Positions 29,929 to 39,567 of a stretch of 64,000 bases of DNA are shown in pieces. A program made the position numbers and the translations under genes. Below the pieces are notes generated by a model that saw only the letters and a program-made list of their open reading frames with translations, was not told the DNA's origin and made no database searches. Source of the DNA: Clostridiales bacterium (GTDB taxonomy: Bacteria > Bacillota > Clostridia > Saccharofermentanales > Saccharofermentanaceae); assembly GCA_017513085.1 (NCBI GenBank), contig JAFWDK010000010.1:256001-320000 (forward strand). Direction: 5' to 3'. Positions within the stretch are counted from its first letter, which is position 1, and each line of letters starts with the position of its first letter.

Positions 29929-30594
29929 ATGGATGAGAAGATCCCACTTAAAGAACGCATAAAAAAAGAAAAAGAGAAATTCAGTAAATTTGATGCTGCA
30001 ACGAAGAAAAAGTATTTTCGGGATTATTATTTAATTCCGTGTATTTTGATCATTGCAGTAATTGTTTTTGTCTGTTGGTTTGTTTTTGATTTCTTTTCGT
30101 CGAAGAAAACAGTATATTCCGGAGCAACTGTTGGCTTTCTGATTTCTGATGATGGTTATCAGTATCTGACTTCCGACTTTATGGATAGTTTGGGTTCCGG
30201 ATATAAGAAGAAAAAAGTAGAACTTTCTAGAGATACAGTCATGACGACCTATGATGAGGCACAAAATGACAAAATGACTATGGAGATGGCTTTTACATCG
30301 CAGATTACTGCCGGAATGTTCCAGTATGCGATTTTTACCAAGTCCGGTTTTGATCATTATGCTGGTTATGAGTTTTATATGCCGTTAGACGAGTATAGCT
30401 CCTCAGAGAAATATTCTTCTATGCAATTCATCCGTTCTTCAGATAATCAGATTTCCGGAATCTTATTATCTGAAGAAGTCAAGAATAAAATCGGATATGC
30501 CGGAGATGAAGAGCTTGTTTTCACTTTACTTTATACGGATGAGCATAAAGATCTTAATACTCCGTTCATTGATTATCTGTTCCTGGGAGGCTAA
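29929..30594 (+). CDS. Membrane-anchored hypothetical protein
   Basis: Basic N-terminus, YFRDYY followed by one TM helix and a soluble domain; 2 nt after the DUF624 gene. Confidence 0.75.
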   Translation: MDEKIPLKERIKKEKEKFSKFDAATKKKYFRDYYLIPCILIIAVIVFVCWFVFDFFSSKKTVYSGATVGFLISDDGYQYLTSDFMDSLGSGYKKKKVELSRDTVMTTYDEAQNDKMTMEMAFTSQITAGMFQYAIFTKSGFDHYAGYEFYMPLDEYSSSEKYSSMQFIRSSDNQISGILLSEEVKNKIGYAGDEELVFTLLYTDEHKDLNTPFIDYLFLGG

Positions 30595-30596
30595 TT

Positions 30597-32201
30597 ATGA
30601 AGATTTCAAGTATTTACAGCGATGGCATGATCATGCAGAGAAATAAAAAGAATACGATTTCCGGTGTTCTTGAGACGGAGAAATCGATCAAAGCAGAGCT
30701 TGATGGAGTATCGATTCCGGTCGATGTTAAGGCTGACGGATCTTTTACCGTAGTTATCGATGAACAAGAAGCCGGTGGGCCTCATGTGCTTGCTATCGGC
30801 GATCTTGTGATACATGATGTTTTGTTTGGCGATGTTTATGTGCTGGGTGGTCAATCCAATATGGAACTTCCGGTTCTTTTTACTGCGGATGAACATTTTG
30901 ATGAGATCGAGAGCGCTGACTTCGCGCAGATTCGCCAATTTGAAGTACCTAAGGTTCCTCTGTTTGGAAGAAAAGAAGAGTTTCTGAATGGAGGCAATTG
31001 GGTAAATGCGGATCAGAAGAATATCAATTCTTTTAGCGCAATCGGCTTCTATTTTGCAAAACAGAAGTATTTAAAGGATCAGGTTCCGGTTGGCCTTGTT
31101 CAGACTGCGGTTGGCGGTGCGCCGGTTGAAAGTCTGATGAGTGAAGAAGTGCTTGTGGATACTTTCGAAAAGATCTATCCGAAATATGAATCTTCCGGGG
31201 CCTGCAATGGTGATAAGAGCAAATGTTGCCTTTGGTGTTATAAGGAAAAGCTTGCTCAGAATCGAGATGCAGATTTTGTTGCTAAAACCCAAAAGGAAGA
31301 TTTCGAGTTCGAGCAGAAGTGGCGTTCTGAGCTTGCCGCTAAAGATCCAGGAACAGAAGCGCACTGGGAGAATCTCTGGAATGATGGTGAAGGAGAATCA
31401 TTTACAATGCCGTCCACTTTCTTTAAGACGAAGTATGAAGACCTTCGATTTGGTTCAGTATGGCTTCAGAAAGTGGTCAATGTTCCGGAAGAGTTTTGTA
31501 AAGGACGTATTCAGCTTCGTCTGGGTACCCTGATCGATTCTGATGACACATATGTAAATGGCGTCAGAGTCGGCGGTTTCGGTTTCAAGTATCCGCCACG
31601 CCGGTATTGGTTGCCGGATGGACTTCTTAAGCCTGGTAAGAATGTGATCTCCGTTCGTTTGGTCATGACAGGCAATATCGGCGGTGCTGTTATAGAGACA
31701 CCATTCTGTTTAAAGAACGAAGATCATGAAATATCTCTTTATGGAGAGTGGAAGGTTAGGATGGGTATCAAGGCAGATGAACCGCTGCGTGGCCAGACTT
31801 TCTTCATCTGGGCACCTACTGCGCTTTATAATTCCATGCTTTATCCAATCCGAAATTATAACTGCAAAGCCATCCTGTTCTATCAGGGAGAGTCGAATGG
31901 TGAGTACCCTCAGTATTACGGGGATCTTCTAGTGAAGATGGTCGAAGAGTGGCGTGTGCTTTTTGGACAGGTTCCGTTCTTAATGGCGGAGATCACTATG
32001 TGGGAAGGAGAAGGACCTGAATACGGTGAGGATGTATTCCTTGACATTCGTATGGCACAAAGAGAAGTAGTCGGCCGTATTCCTGATGCATACTTGATCA
32101 AGACCGATGACATAGGTCAATTTAACGACTTGCATCCTCAGAACAAGAAAGATGTTGCAGTTCGTTTCTTCGAAACTTATGAGTCATTAAACCAAAAGTG
32201 A
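30597..32201 (+). CDS. Sialate O-acetylesterase-like (SASA/DUF303) SGNH carbohydrate acetylesterase
   Basis: GGQSNM, FSAIGFYF, AVGG, YQGESN, DLHPQNK; internal galactose-binding-like domain; no signal peptide. Confidence 0.85.
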   Translation: MKISSIYSDGMIMQRNKKNTISGVLETEKSIKAELDGVSIPVDVKADGSFTVVIDEQEAGGPHVLAIGDLVIHDVLFGDVYVLGGQSNMELPVLFTADEHFDEIESADFAQIRQFEVPKVPLFGRKEEFLNGGNWVNADQKNINSFSAIGFYFAKQKYLKDQVPVGLVQTAVGGAPVESLMSEEVLVDTFEKIYPKYESSGACNGDKSKCCLWCYKEKLAQNRDADFVAKTQKEDFEFEQKWRSELAAKDPGTEAHWENLWNDGEGESFTMPSTFFKTKYEDLRFGSVWLQKVVNVPEEFCKGRIQLRLGTLIDSDDTYVNGVRVGGFGFKYPPRRYWLPDGLLKPGKNVISVRLVMTGNIGGAVIETPFCLKNEDHEISLYGEWKVRMGIKADEPLRGQTFFIWAPTALYNSMLYPIRNYNCKAILFYQGESNGEYPQYYGDLLVKMVEEWRVLFGQVPFLMAEITMWEGEGPEYGEDVFLDIRMAQREVVGRIPDAYLIKTDDIGQFNDLHPQNKKDVAVRFFETYESLNQK

Positions 32202-32202
32202 T

Positions 32203-33207
32203 TCAATTCTCTTTTTTAAACCCGGCTAACGGGTTTTTGGAAACCGCTTCGTGAAGAGTGTCGTCATCCACATGGGTATAGATCTGTGTAGTGGCGACAC
32301 TTTGATGTCCAAGTATAGTTTGGAGACTTCGAATGTCAACTTCGCCGTATTTGTACATTAAGGTGGCTGCGGTATGACGAAGCTTATGGACGGAATACAT
32401 GGCAGGATCGATTCCTGAAGCAGATAACAGGTTTTTAATGATATTCTGAATCATCTGAGTACTGATCCGTGTACCACGTTTACTCAGAAAAAGCGCTTGT
32501 TCGTCCTTGACCTTCATTTGATCCCGAATCGGATAATAGTCGCGTAATGCGACTAGACAGGCATTGTTGAGATAGATCGTGCGTTCTTTGTTGCCTTTGC
32601 CTACTACTCGGAGTGTATCATCACGTATATCTGAAAGATTGATCATTTGAAGCTCGGAAAGACGCATGCCGCAATTCAGAAACAGCGTAACGATGCAAAA
32701 ATCTCGTTCTGAACTTGGCTTTGACGAATGTTCGGCTGTTTCCAGAAGGTGAACGCTCTGTTCCAGATTCAGGTATTTTGGTAAACGCTTCGGGCGCTTG
32801 GGTGTTTCCAATTCGTAGGATGGATCATCTTTGATGATCCTCTTCTTTTGGAACAGATATTTAAAGAAAGACTTTAATGTGGCGACTTTTCTGGCACGTG
32901 TGGCGGCAGAAGCTTTGCGTTCGCGGGAAAGAAATATCATAAAGGCGAAAAGATCGTCCTGGGCGATTCGATTCAGGAATTTCTCGTCAACATCGCTGAT
33001 ATCGATATCGTCAAATTGCAGTTTGTCACTGAGTGTGACAAGTCCCCAGTCTTTTTTTAGAAAACGAAAGAAGAGGAGAAGATCGTATTTGTATTCTTTT
33101 ACGGTCAAAGGTGATTTTTCCTGAACAGCCTGCATATATCGCAGGTACTGTTCCAGAATCGGAAAAGTCGCTTGTTCTCCGGATGATTTTCCTTTCGGAC
33201 GCCCCAT
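32203..33207 (-). CDS. xerC: Xer-family tyrosine recombinase (clostridial XerC/XerS-like)
   Basis: TRARK..LKSFFKYL, LPKYL, catalytic R (GMRLSE), K (GKGNKER), HKLRH, LGH, Y (TQIY); GGAGGA RBS. Confidence 0.85.
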   Translation of the reverse strand: MGRPKGKSSGEQATFPILEQYLRYMQAVQEKSPLTVKEYKYDLLLFFRFLKKDWGLVTLSDKLQFDDIDISDVDEKFLNRIAQDDLFAFMIFLSRERKASAATRARKVATLKSFFKYLFQKKRIIKDDPSYELETPKRPKRLPKYLNLEQSVHLLETAEHSSKPSSERDFCIVTLFLNCGMRLSELQMINLSDIRDDTLRVVGKGNKERTIYLNNACLVALRDYYPIRDQMKVKDEQALFLSKRGTRISTQMIQNIIKNLLSASGIDPAMYSVHKLRHTAATLMYKYGEVDIRSLQTILGHQSVATTQIYTHVDDDTLHEAVSKNPLAGFKKEN

Positions 33208-33274
33208 TGATTCCTCCTATAGCTTTATTAAACTCATAGTATCACATTCACATTGAAAAAATGTTGGAAATATC

Positions 33275-33303
33275 TTGTATTTCGATTTCCGTTGCGATAT
33301 AAT
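33275..33303 (+). promoter_or_regulatory. sigma-A promoter for asd
   Basis: TTGTAT-17-TATAAT; hairpin TGTCCACG-gtg-CGTGGACA at 33322-33340 in the 5'UTR. Confidence 0.65.
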
Positions 33304-33364
33304 ACACCCATCAAAGACAAATGTCCACGGTGCGTGGACACACCAGAGAGGAATCGTGATAAAT

Positions 33365-34450
33365 ATGAGTAAGTTAAAAGTTGGCGTAATCGGCGCAACA
33401 GGATATGTCGGACAGCGTTTCATTTCGCTTTTGGATAATCATCCTTGGTTTGAGTGTGTAGCAGTTGTTGCTTCCCCTCGTTCTGCCGGCAAGCCTTATG
33501 CTGAAGCAGTAGAAGGACGTTGGAAGATCGATAAGGAAATGCCTTCCTATGTTAAGGACATGATCGTTGAGAGCACCGAGAATATTGAAGATGTTTGCAA
33601 GAAGGTTGACTTCGTTTTCTGTGCTGTCGATATGAAGAAAGACGAGATCCGTGCTTTGGAAGAGAAGATCGCTAAGCTCGAGACTCCTGTTATTTCCAAT
33701 AACTCTGCAAACAGATGGACTCCTGATGTTCCGATGATGGTTCCTGAGATCAATTCCGATCATGCTGCTATCATTGAGAAGCAGAGAGAGAGACTTGGCA
33801 CCAAGCGTGGTTTTATTGCTGTTAAACCTAACTGCTCGATCCAGAGCTATGTTCCGGCTTTGACACCACTTCGTTCTTTTGGCATCAAGCAGATCTCTGT
33901 ATGTACTTATCAGGCGATCTCCGGAGCAGGCAAGACTTTCAAGGATTGGCCGGAAATGGTAGGAAACATGATTCCTTATATCGGTGGTGAAGAGGAAAAG
34001 AGTGAACAGGAGCCGTTAAAGGTGTGGGGTCATATCGAAGGTAACGAAATCGTTAAGGCAGATGCGCCTGTGATTTCCGCTCAGTGCTATCGTGTTGCGG
34101 TTCAGGAAGGTCATACTGCAGCTGTTTCGGTTTCTTTTGAGAAGAAACCAACAAAGGAAGAAATGATCGAAGCTTGGAAGAACTTTAAGGGTGTTCCGCA
34201 GGAACTTGATCTTCCACATGCTCCGAAGCAGTTCCTCCAGTATCTGGAAGAGGATAACCGTCCGCAGCCGGCTTTGGATGCTATGTTTGGAGATGGCATG
34301 GGTGTTTCCATCGGCCGCTTAAGAGAAGACTCGATCTTTGATTACAAGTTTACCTGTCTTTCCCACAATACTCTTCGTGGCGCTGCCGGTGGCGCAATGC
34401 TTACTGCAGAACTTCTTTATAAGAAGGGTTATCTTTCTGCCAAGGATTAA
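33365..34450 (+). CDS. asd: Aspartate-semialdehyde dehydrogenase
   Basis: GATGYVGQRF..LLDNHPWF, KPNCS, QAISGAG, EEEK, HNTLRGAAG; start moved to MSKLK. Confidence 0.95.
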   Translation: MSKLKVGVIGATGYVGQRFISLLDNHPWFECVAVVASPRSAGKPYAEAVEGRWKIDKEMPSYVKDMIVESTENIEDVCKKVDFVFCAVDMKKDEIRALEEKIAKLETPVISNNSANRWTPDVPMMVPEINSDHAAIIEKQRERLGTKRGFIAVKPNCSIQSYVPALTPLRSFGIKQISVCTYQAISGAGKTFKDWPEMVGNMIPYIGGEEEKSEQEPLKVWGHIEGNEIVKADAPVISAQCYRVAVQEGHTAAVSVSFEKKPTKEEMIEAWKNFKGVPQELDLPHAPKQFLQYLEEDNRPQPALDAMFGDGMGVSIGRLREDSIFDYKFTCLSHNTLRGAAGGAMLTAELLYKKGYLSAKD

Positions 34451-34465
34451 TGTTCAACAAAGAGA

Positions 34466-34499
34466 GAGGGACTTGTTCAGGCAAGTCCCTCATTTCTTT
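34466..34499 (+). terminator. asd terminator
   Basis: GAGGGACTTG-6nt-CAAGTCCCTC followed by ATTTCTTT. Confidence 0.75.
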
Positions 34500-34550
34500 G
34501 CGTAAAGAAGCATTAGCGTAACGGTAAAAAAAAGATTTTCGAAAAAGGTG

Positions 34551-34579
34551 TTGACGTGAGGAAAGATTATCGCTATAAT
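34551..34579 (+). promoter_or_regulatory. Strong sigma-A promoter of the tRNA pair
   Basis: TTGACG-17-TATAAT with A-tract UP element. Confidence 0.85.
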
Positions 34580-34620
34580 CTTTCTTGCGCTTTGAGAAAT
34601 GGGTACAAACTCAAACAAGC

Positions 34621-34697
34621 GGGCCTTTAGCTCAGTTGGTTAGAGCAACCGGCTCATAACCGGTCGGTCTTGGGTTCGAGTCCCTGAAGGCCCACCA
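34621..34697 (+). tRNA. tRNA with CAT anticodon, most likely tRNA-Ile2 (lysidine)
   Basis: GGGCCTTTAGCTCAGTTGGTTAGAGC...CCGGCTCATAACCGG...GTTCGAGTCC...GGCCCACCA; body is Ile-like (paired 1-72, no initiator GGG/CCC stem). Confidence 0.85.
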
Positions 34698-34725
34698 ATT
34701 AGAAGCTAACGTCAATTATATATAT

Positions 34726-34810
34726 GGGAGAATTCCCGAGCGGCCAAAGGGGGCAGACTGTAAATCTGTTGTCACCGACTTCGGTGGTTCGAATCCACCT
34801 TCTCCCACCA
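34726..34810 (+). tRNA. tRNA-Tyr(GTA)
   Basis: GGGAGAA...GCAGACTGTAAATCTG...GGTTCGAATCC...TTCTCCCACCA; long variable arm. Confidence 0.95.
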
Positions 34811-34841
34811 AGAGAGTTGATCTTTGATCAGCTCTCTTTTT
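34811..34841 (+). terminator. tRNA operon terminator
   Basis: AGAGAGTTGATC-ttt-GATCAGCTCTCT followed by TTTT. Confidence 0.8.
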
Positions 34842-34901
34842 ATTTGTTTATTATCTTCATATCTATTATAATTCTTTGTAATACACATTCGGAGGTGCTA
34901 T

Positions 34902-35912
34902 ATGAATATTCTTGTTAGTGGCGGTACTGGTTTTATCGGATCACATACCTGTGTGGAGCTCCTCAATTCCGGTTATGATGTAGTTGTATTCGATAATCTT
35001 TCCAATTCGAAAGAAGATACAATTGATAAGATCTTTACTATTACAGGTAAGCGTCCGAAATTCTATAAGGCCGACATGGTCGTTCCTTCTGAACTGGATC
35101 AGATCTTTGAAGAGAACAGTATTGATGCCGTTATTCATTTTGCCGGGTTGAAAGCAGTAGGTGAAAGTGTCGCTAAGCCTTTGGAGTATTATAAGAACAA
35201 TATTTGCGGAACCCTTAATCTTCTTGAGGCAATGAGAAAACATAACGTGAAGAATTTTGTTTTTTCCTCTTCGGCTACCGTATATGGAACACCTGAATTC
35301 GTTCCAATCACAGAGGAATGCCCTCTTGGTATGACTACCAATCCATATGGAGAAACCAAGAAGATGCTCGAGCGGATTCTTACCGATTTTCAGAAGGCGA
35401 ATCCAGATTGGCATGTGGTCCTGCTTCGTTATTTCAATCCGATCGGATGTCACGAGAGCGGTATCATCGGAGAGGAACCAAATGGTATTCCAAACAATCT
35501 TATGCCTTATATCATGCAGGTCGCTGTCGGAAAACTCCCGTTTTTGCGAGTTTTCGGTAACGATTATAATACACCGGATGGTACGGGTGTTCGCGATTAT
35601 ATCCATGTTGTGGATCTGGCTCGCGGACATGTATCGGTCCTTAAGAAGCTTTCGGATGAAGCCGGAGTGTATGTGTATAATTTAGGAACCGGTATAGGTT
35701 ATAGTGTTTTGGATATCGTTCATGCATTTGAAAAAGTTAACCAAATCACGATTCCGTATCAAATCACAGATAGAAGACCAGGCGATATTGATGTCTCATA
35801 TTCGGATCCCGGAAAGGCTGAAAGAGAACTCGGATGGAAAGCAGAATATGATCTGGACCGTATGTGTCTGGATGCTTTTCGCTTCGCCAGGAATACCATG
35901 ACCTCTAATTGA
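34902..35912 (+). CDS. galE: UDP-glucose 4-epimerase
   Basis: [45 protein letters not shown]. Confidence 0.96.
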   Translation: MNILVSGGTGFIGSHTCVELLNSGYDVVVFDNLSNSKEDTIDKIFTITGKRPKFYKADMVVPSELDQIFEENSIDAVIHFAGLKAVGESVAKPLEYYKNNICGTLNLLEAMRKHNVKNFVFSSSATVYGTPEFVPITEECPLGMTTNPYGETKKMLERILTDFQKANPDWHVVLLRYFNPIGCHESGIIGEEPNGIPNNLMPYIMQVAVGKLPFLRVFGNDYNTPDGTGVRDYIHVVDLARGHVSVLKKLSDEAGVYVYNLGTGIGYSVLDIVHAFEKVNQITIPYQITDRRPGDIDVSYSDPGKAERELGWKAEYDLDRMCLDAFRFARNTMTSN

Positions 35913-35952
35913 CAGTCTTTTTCGAGTGTGCTAATATACTTTTCGTCGCAAC

Positions 35953-36037
35953 GGGGTTGTGGCGGAATGGCAGACGCAGCAGACTCAAAATCTGCCGACC
36001 ATAAATCGTATGGGTTCAAGTCCCATCAGCCCCACCA
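35953..36037 (+). tRNA. tRNA-Leu(CAA)
   Basis: GGGGTTGTGGCGGAATGGCAGACGC.GCAGACTCAAAATCTGC...GGTTCAAGTCC...CAGCCCCACCA; TTGACA-17-TAATAT promoter at 35909-35937. Confidence 0.95.
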
Positions 36038-36047
36038 ATTGCAAAAA

Positions 36048-36091
36048 AGATCCCCATTTTCTGCTATTTAAGAATCTGGGGATCTATTTTT
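36048..36091 (+). terminator. tRNA-Leu(CAA) terminator
   Basis: AGATCCCCA...TGGGGATCT followed by a T-run. Confidence 0.65.
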
Positions 36092-36208
36092 GCCTTTTTT
36101 GCGAAATATTAGCGAAAATATGAAAAAAAAGTCATTTGCAAGATCTTATATTATGGAATACTATATATTAGCCAATCAAAATAATTTTGAGCAAGGAGAA
36201 GAAGAAGA

Positions 36209-37198
36209 ATGGAAAATCGCTCAGAAATATCCAATGTAGAATTGGAGAAGTGTAAGGATATTATCACTAAGATTACAACTTCTTATTATGAGAAGATGGT
36301 TGGACAGACAAGACTGGGATGGTCATTGCTGATCGCTATTATTTCAAACGGACATATTCTTTTGGAATCTGTTCCGGGTCTTGCTAAGACAACAGCGGCT
36401 AAAACTTTGACTGATGCCGTAAATGGTAAGTTTTCGCGTATCCAGTGCACGCCGGACCTTTTGCCAAGTGATATTATCGGTACGCAGATCTTCAATTACA
36501 CGACCAACACATTTGAAACCAAACTTGGCCCGGTTTATGCTAACTTCGTTCTTTTGGACGAGATCAACCGTTCCAGTGCAAAAACACAGAGTGCTATGCT
36601 CGAAGTCATGCAGGAGCATCAGACGACTATCGGCGGTCTGAACTACGCGATGCCGAAGATTTTTACGGTTATTGCTACACAGAACCCGATCGAGCAGGAA
36701 GGTACTTATCTTTTGTCGGAAGCACAGCTTGACCGTTTCCTGATCAAAGAGAAGATCGATTATCCGACTCAGGATGAAGAGTTTGAGATATTAAACCGTA
36801 TTGAGAAAGATGTTTTCTCCAAGTCGGAATCCGTTGTAGAACTCGAAGATCTTTATTTCCTGCAGCAGATGGCTAAGAAAGTATATCTGGACGATTCCAT
36901 CAAGAGATACATTATCCGTATCGTGAATGCAACCCGTCACCCGGCCGAAGTCATTGGAAAAGAACTTGCCGAGTACATCACACTTGGTTCGAGTACCCGT
37001 GGCTGTATTGCTCTTATGGAAGTATCCAAAGCTGTTGCGCTGATCAACGGTAGAGGCTATGTGACACCGGACGATGTTAAAACACTTATTCATAGTGTTT
37101 TGCGTCATCGTGTATCACTGAACTTTGCCGCTGTTGCAGATGGTGTAACAGAAGAACAGATTATTGATAAGATTGTAGGAGCTATTGCAACACCATGA
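36209..37198 (+). CDS. moxR: MoxR-family AAA+ ATPase
   Basis: VPGLAKT, RIQCTPDLLPSD, DEINR, ATQNPIEQEGTY, AQLDRF; TTGCAA-17-TACTAT promoter at 36136-36164. Confidence 0.93.
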   Translation: MENRSEISNVELEKCKDIITKITTSYYEKMVGQTRLGWSLLIAIISNGHILLESVPGLAKTTAAKTLTDAVNGKFSRIQCTPDLLPSDIIGTQIFNYTTNTFETKLGPVYANFVLLDEINRSSAKTQSAMLEVMQEHQTTIGGLNYAMPKIFTVIATQNPIEQEGTYLLSEAQLDRFLIKEKIDYPTQDEEFEILNRIEKDVFSKSESVVELEDLYFLQQMAKKVYLDDSIKRYIIRIVNATRHPAEVIGKELAEYITLGSSTRGCIALMEVSKAVALINGRGYVTPDDVKTLIHSVLRHRVSLNFAAVADGVTEEQIIDKIVGAIATP

Positions 37199-38070
37199 TT
37201 CTTGACTATGTTACAAGAATAAAAGCGAATATAGCAATTCATACCAAGATCAAAGCTACCAGCATCCTGGACGGATCCTATAAGTCTGTTTTCATGGGTC
37301 GCAGTTTGAATTTTGAGGATCTTCGTGAGTATATTCCGGGCGACAGCATTCGTGATATCGACTGGAAGGCTTCTTCTCGTAGCCGTTCTTTGCTTGTTAA
37401 GCGATTTGTTGCAGAGAAGAAGCACAATATCCTTATCGTTTTTGATACAGGAGCGAAGATGAATGCTCATACCGACAAGATGGAACTGAAAAAAGATGTG
37501 GCGATTTACTCTGCCGGCACACTTTCTTATCTTGCCTATTCTAATGGCGATTTTGTCGGAGCTTTGTACAATACTGACGGTAAGATTCACTATTATCCGC
37601 TTCGTACACGTCTTTACGATATTGAGAATTTTCTTTCCTCATACGATAAAGATGTTGTGAAATCCCAAAAGTCGGATCTTGATAAGACACTTGAGTATCT
37701 TCTGAAGAATTTCCGCCGTAAGATGGTCGTGTTTGTTGTGACAGATATGGCCGGCATCCGATCAATTTCTGATATAGTATTGAAGAAGCTGATCTGCCAG
37801 CATGATCTTCTGTTTATAAACATCAATGACGCGAACGTAACCGGTGGAAGATCTTTTAAGGTTGAGAATAACAGATACCTTCCTGAGTTTATTACATCTA
37901 GTAAGAAGCTGGCGCAAATGGAGAAGAAGATGAAGGACGAAATTCTTGAGGAGAACAAGAAAAAACTGCTTCATCACGCTATTATCAGTACGGATATTGA
38001 TAGCAAGGAAGATATCACATTGAAAATTACGGAATTACTGGAGAGACACAGATATGCTCAATCCCACTGA
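37195..38070 (+). CDS. DUF58 (VWA-like) protein
   Basis: G.S..FEDLREYIPGD..R.IDWKAS. Confidence 0.9.
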   Translation: MILDYVTRIKANIAIHTKIKATSILDGSYKSVFMGRSLNFEDLREYIPGDSIRDIDWKASSRSRSLLVKRFVAEKKHNILIVFDTGAKMNAHTDKMELKKDVAIYSAGTLSYLAYSNGDFVGALYNTDGKIHYYPLRTRLYDIENFLSSYDKDVVKSQKSDLDKTLEYLLKNFRRKMVVFVVTDMAGIRSISDIVLKKLICQHDLLFININDANVTGGRSFKVENNRYLPEFITSSKKLAQMEKKMKDEILEENKKKLLHHAIISTDIDSKEDITLKITELLERHRYAQSH

Positions 38071-38563
38071 TACTTCACCAATTGATGTTTCTGTTGGTCT
38101 GCAGGACCCGTTTTCTTACATGTTGGCACCGATCATTATTCTTGCCGGCGTGCTGGTTGCAGGAATCATTGCTTTAGTGGTCTTTCATTTTTTGAAAAAC
38201 AGAAAGTCCGTTGTTAAGAAAGTCGCAGAACCGAAACCTGTCGTATTTAAGCCTAAGGATAAGGGTGCTCTTCAGCGAGAGTATCTTGCGAAGATCGCAA
38301 AAGTTCAGGCAGATTACGAATCCGGAGCTATGGATGTCCGTACGGCGCACCAGGAATTATCTGCGATCGTGCGTATGTTTGTACATGAACTGACAGGAAT
38401 CAACGCGCAAAACTTCTCGCTTCTTGAGCTTCGGGCACATAATGTGAATCAGGTCAGTGATCTGATCGAAGAATTCTATGCCCCTGAATTTGCTCTGCGA
38501 ACGGAAAAGGATACGATGAATTCTATTAATGACGCAAGGACGGTAATTAGTACATGGAACTGA
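38054..38563 (+). CDS. Membrane-anchored hypothetical protein of the MoxR operon
   Basis: One TM helix; C-terminal EEFYAPEF; overlaps both neighbours. Confidence 0.75.
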   Translation: MLNPTDTSPIDVSVGLQDPFSYMLAPIIILAGVLVAGIIALVVFHFLKNRKSVVKKVAEPKPVVFKPKDKGALQREYLAKIAKVQADYESGAMDVRTAHQELSAIVRMFVHELTGINAQNFSLLELRAHNVNQVSDLIEEFYAPEFALRTEKDTMNSINDARTVISTWN

Positions 38564-39567
38564 AGAATCCGTTTGTAATTTATATAGGCATTCCGATCAT
38601 CGTAGTTCTTGCGTTGATCAGTTATGGTGCCAGTAGAAAGTACAGTAAAGGTAAAAAGGTAGCAAATACCGGCTTCTTTGAGGAAACAAGTGCTTTTAAA
38701 AGAAGAATGCTTGCTTTCAGGATCTACAAAGTGCTTATGGTGGCTTTACTGTTGATCTCTATTATTTCTTGCATGATCATGATGGCAAGACCGAACAAGA
38801 CCAGACAGGAAACCACAGAGATATATAACCGTGACATCTTTCTTTGTCTGGATACTTCCGGTTCCATGTACGAGGTGGACTTGGAAGTCGTTAAGCGGAT
38901 GAAGGAATTGGTAAGCGGACTGCAGGGTGAGCGTTTCGGTATCACGATCTTTAACTGTCAAACCGTTACTCTGGTTCCTCTTACGACAGATTACGAATAT
39001 GTATTAGATGTCCTTGATCAACTTGAAGCGGCTTGTAAGATTGCAATGGGAATGGATGACTGGTCTTTCTTTGCAGATGATGATTACTATTCAAAATATA
39101 TGTATATGATCGATGGAACAACTGCAAATGATGCAAATGGTTCATCTCTGATCGGAGATGGTCTTGCTTCCACTATCTTCCAGTTCCAGGATCTTGAGAC
39201 CGATGATACCAGAACGCGTGTAATTATCTTTTCGACCGATAATCAGCTTTATGGAACTCCGTTTGTTCAACTTCGTGAAGCTTCTGAATTGTGTAAGAAG
39301 TATAAGATCAAAGTCTTTGGCGCTGCGCCAAGCGAGGTGGAGAATTTCAATGAATTCAATGAGTGCATGAAACTTACGGGCGGAGATCTTTTCACTTTGC
39401 GGTCTTCCACTATGGTTGAAGACCTGATTCGGGCAGTTGAGAAGACGGAGACTTCTGTGCTGATAAAGACAGAGGAGTATGTTACGGAATTCCCTGAAAC
39501 ACTTGTTGCGATCGCTACGATTGCTCTTTGTATATATTTTGTGATAAGCAGAAGGATAAAAGCATGA
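38554..39567 (+). CDS. VWA-domain membrane protein (BatA-like)
   Basis: Two N-terminal TMs, MARP, MIDAS DTSGSM, IGDGL, STD; C-terminal TM. Confidence 0.88.
   Translation: MELKNPFVIYIGIPIIVVLALISYGASRKYSKGKKVANTGFFEETSAFKRRMLAFRIYKVLMVALLLISIISCMIMMARPNKTRQETTEIYNRDIFLCLDTSGSMYEVDLEVVKRMKELVSGLQGERFGITIFNCQTVTLVPLTTDYEYVLDVLDQLEAACKIAMGMDDWSFFADDDYYSKYMYMIDGTTANDANGSSLIGDGLASTIFQFQDLETDDTRTRVIIFSTDNQLYGTPFVQLREASELCKKYKIKVFGAAPSEVENFNEFNECMKLTGGDLFTLRSSTMVEDLIRAVEKTETSVLIKTEEYVTEFPETLVAIATIALCIYFVISRRIKA

Noticed and set aside
11464-33207. Arabinose locus as an integrated island (tRNA at one end, tyrosine recombinase at the other)
   Set aside because: The tRNA 3' end points away from the locus, no duplicated att sequence was seen, and the recombinase looks like a housekeeping Xer.
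33208-33364. dif site directly upstream of xer, or a lysine riboswitch before asd/ddh
   Set aside because: No arm-spacer-arm palindrome here; the leaders of asd and ddh are only ~45-55 nt from the predicted promoters, too short for a lysine riboswitch.
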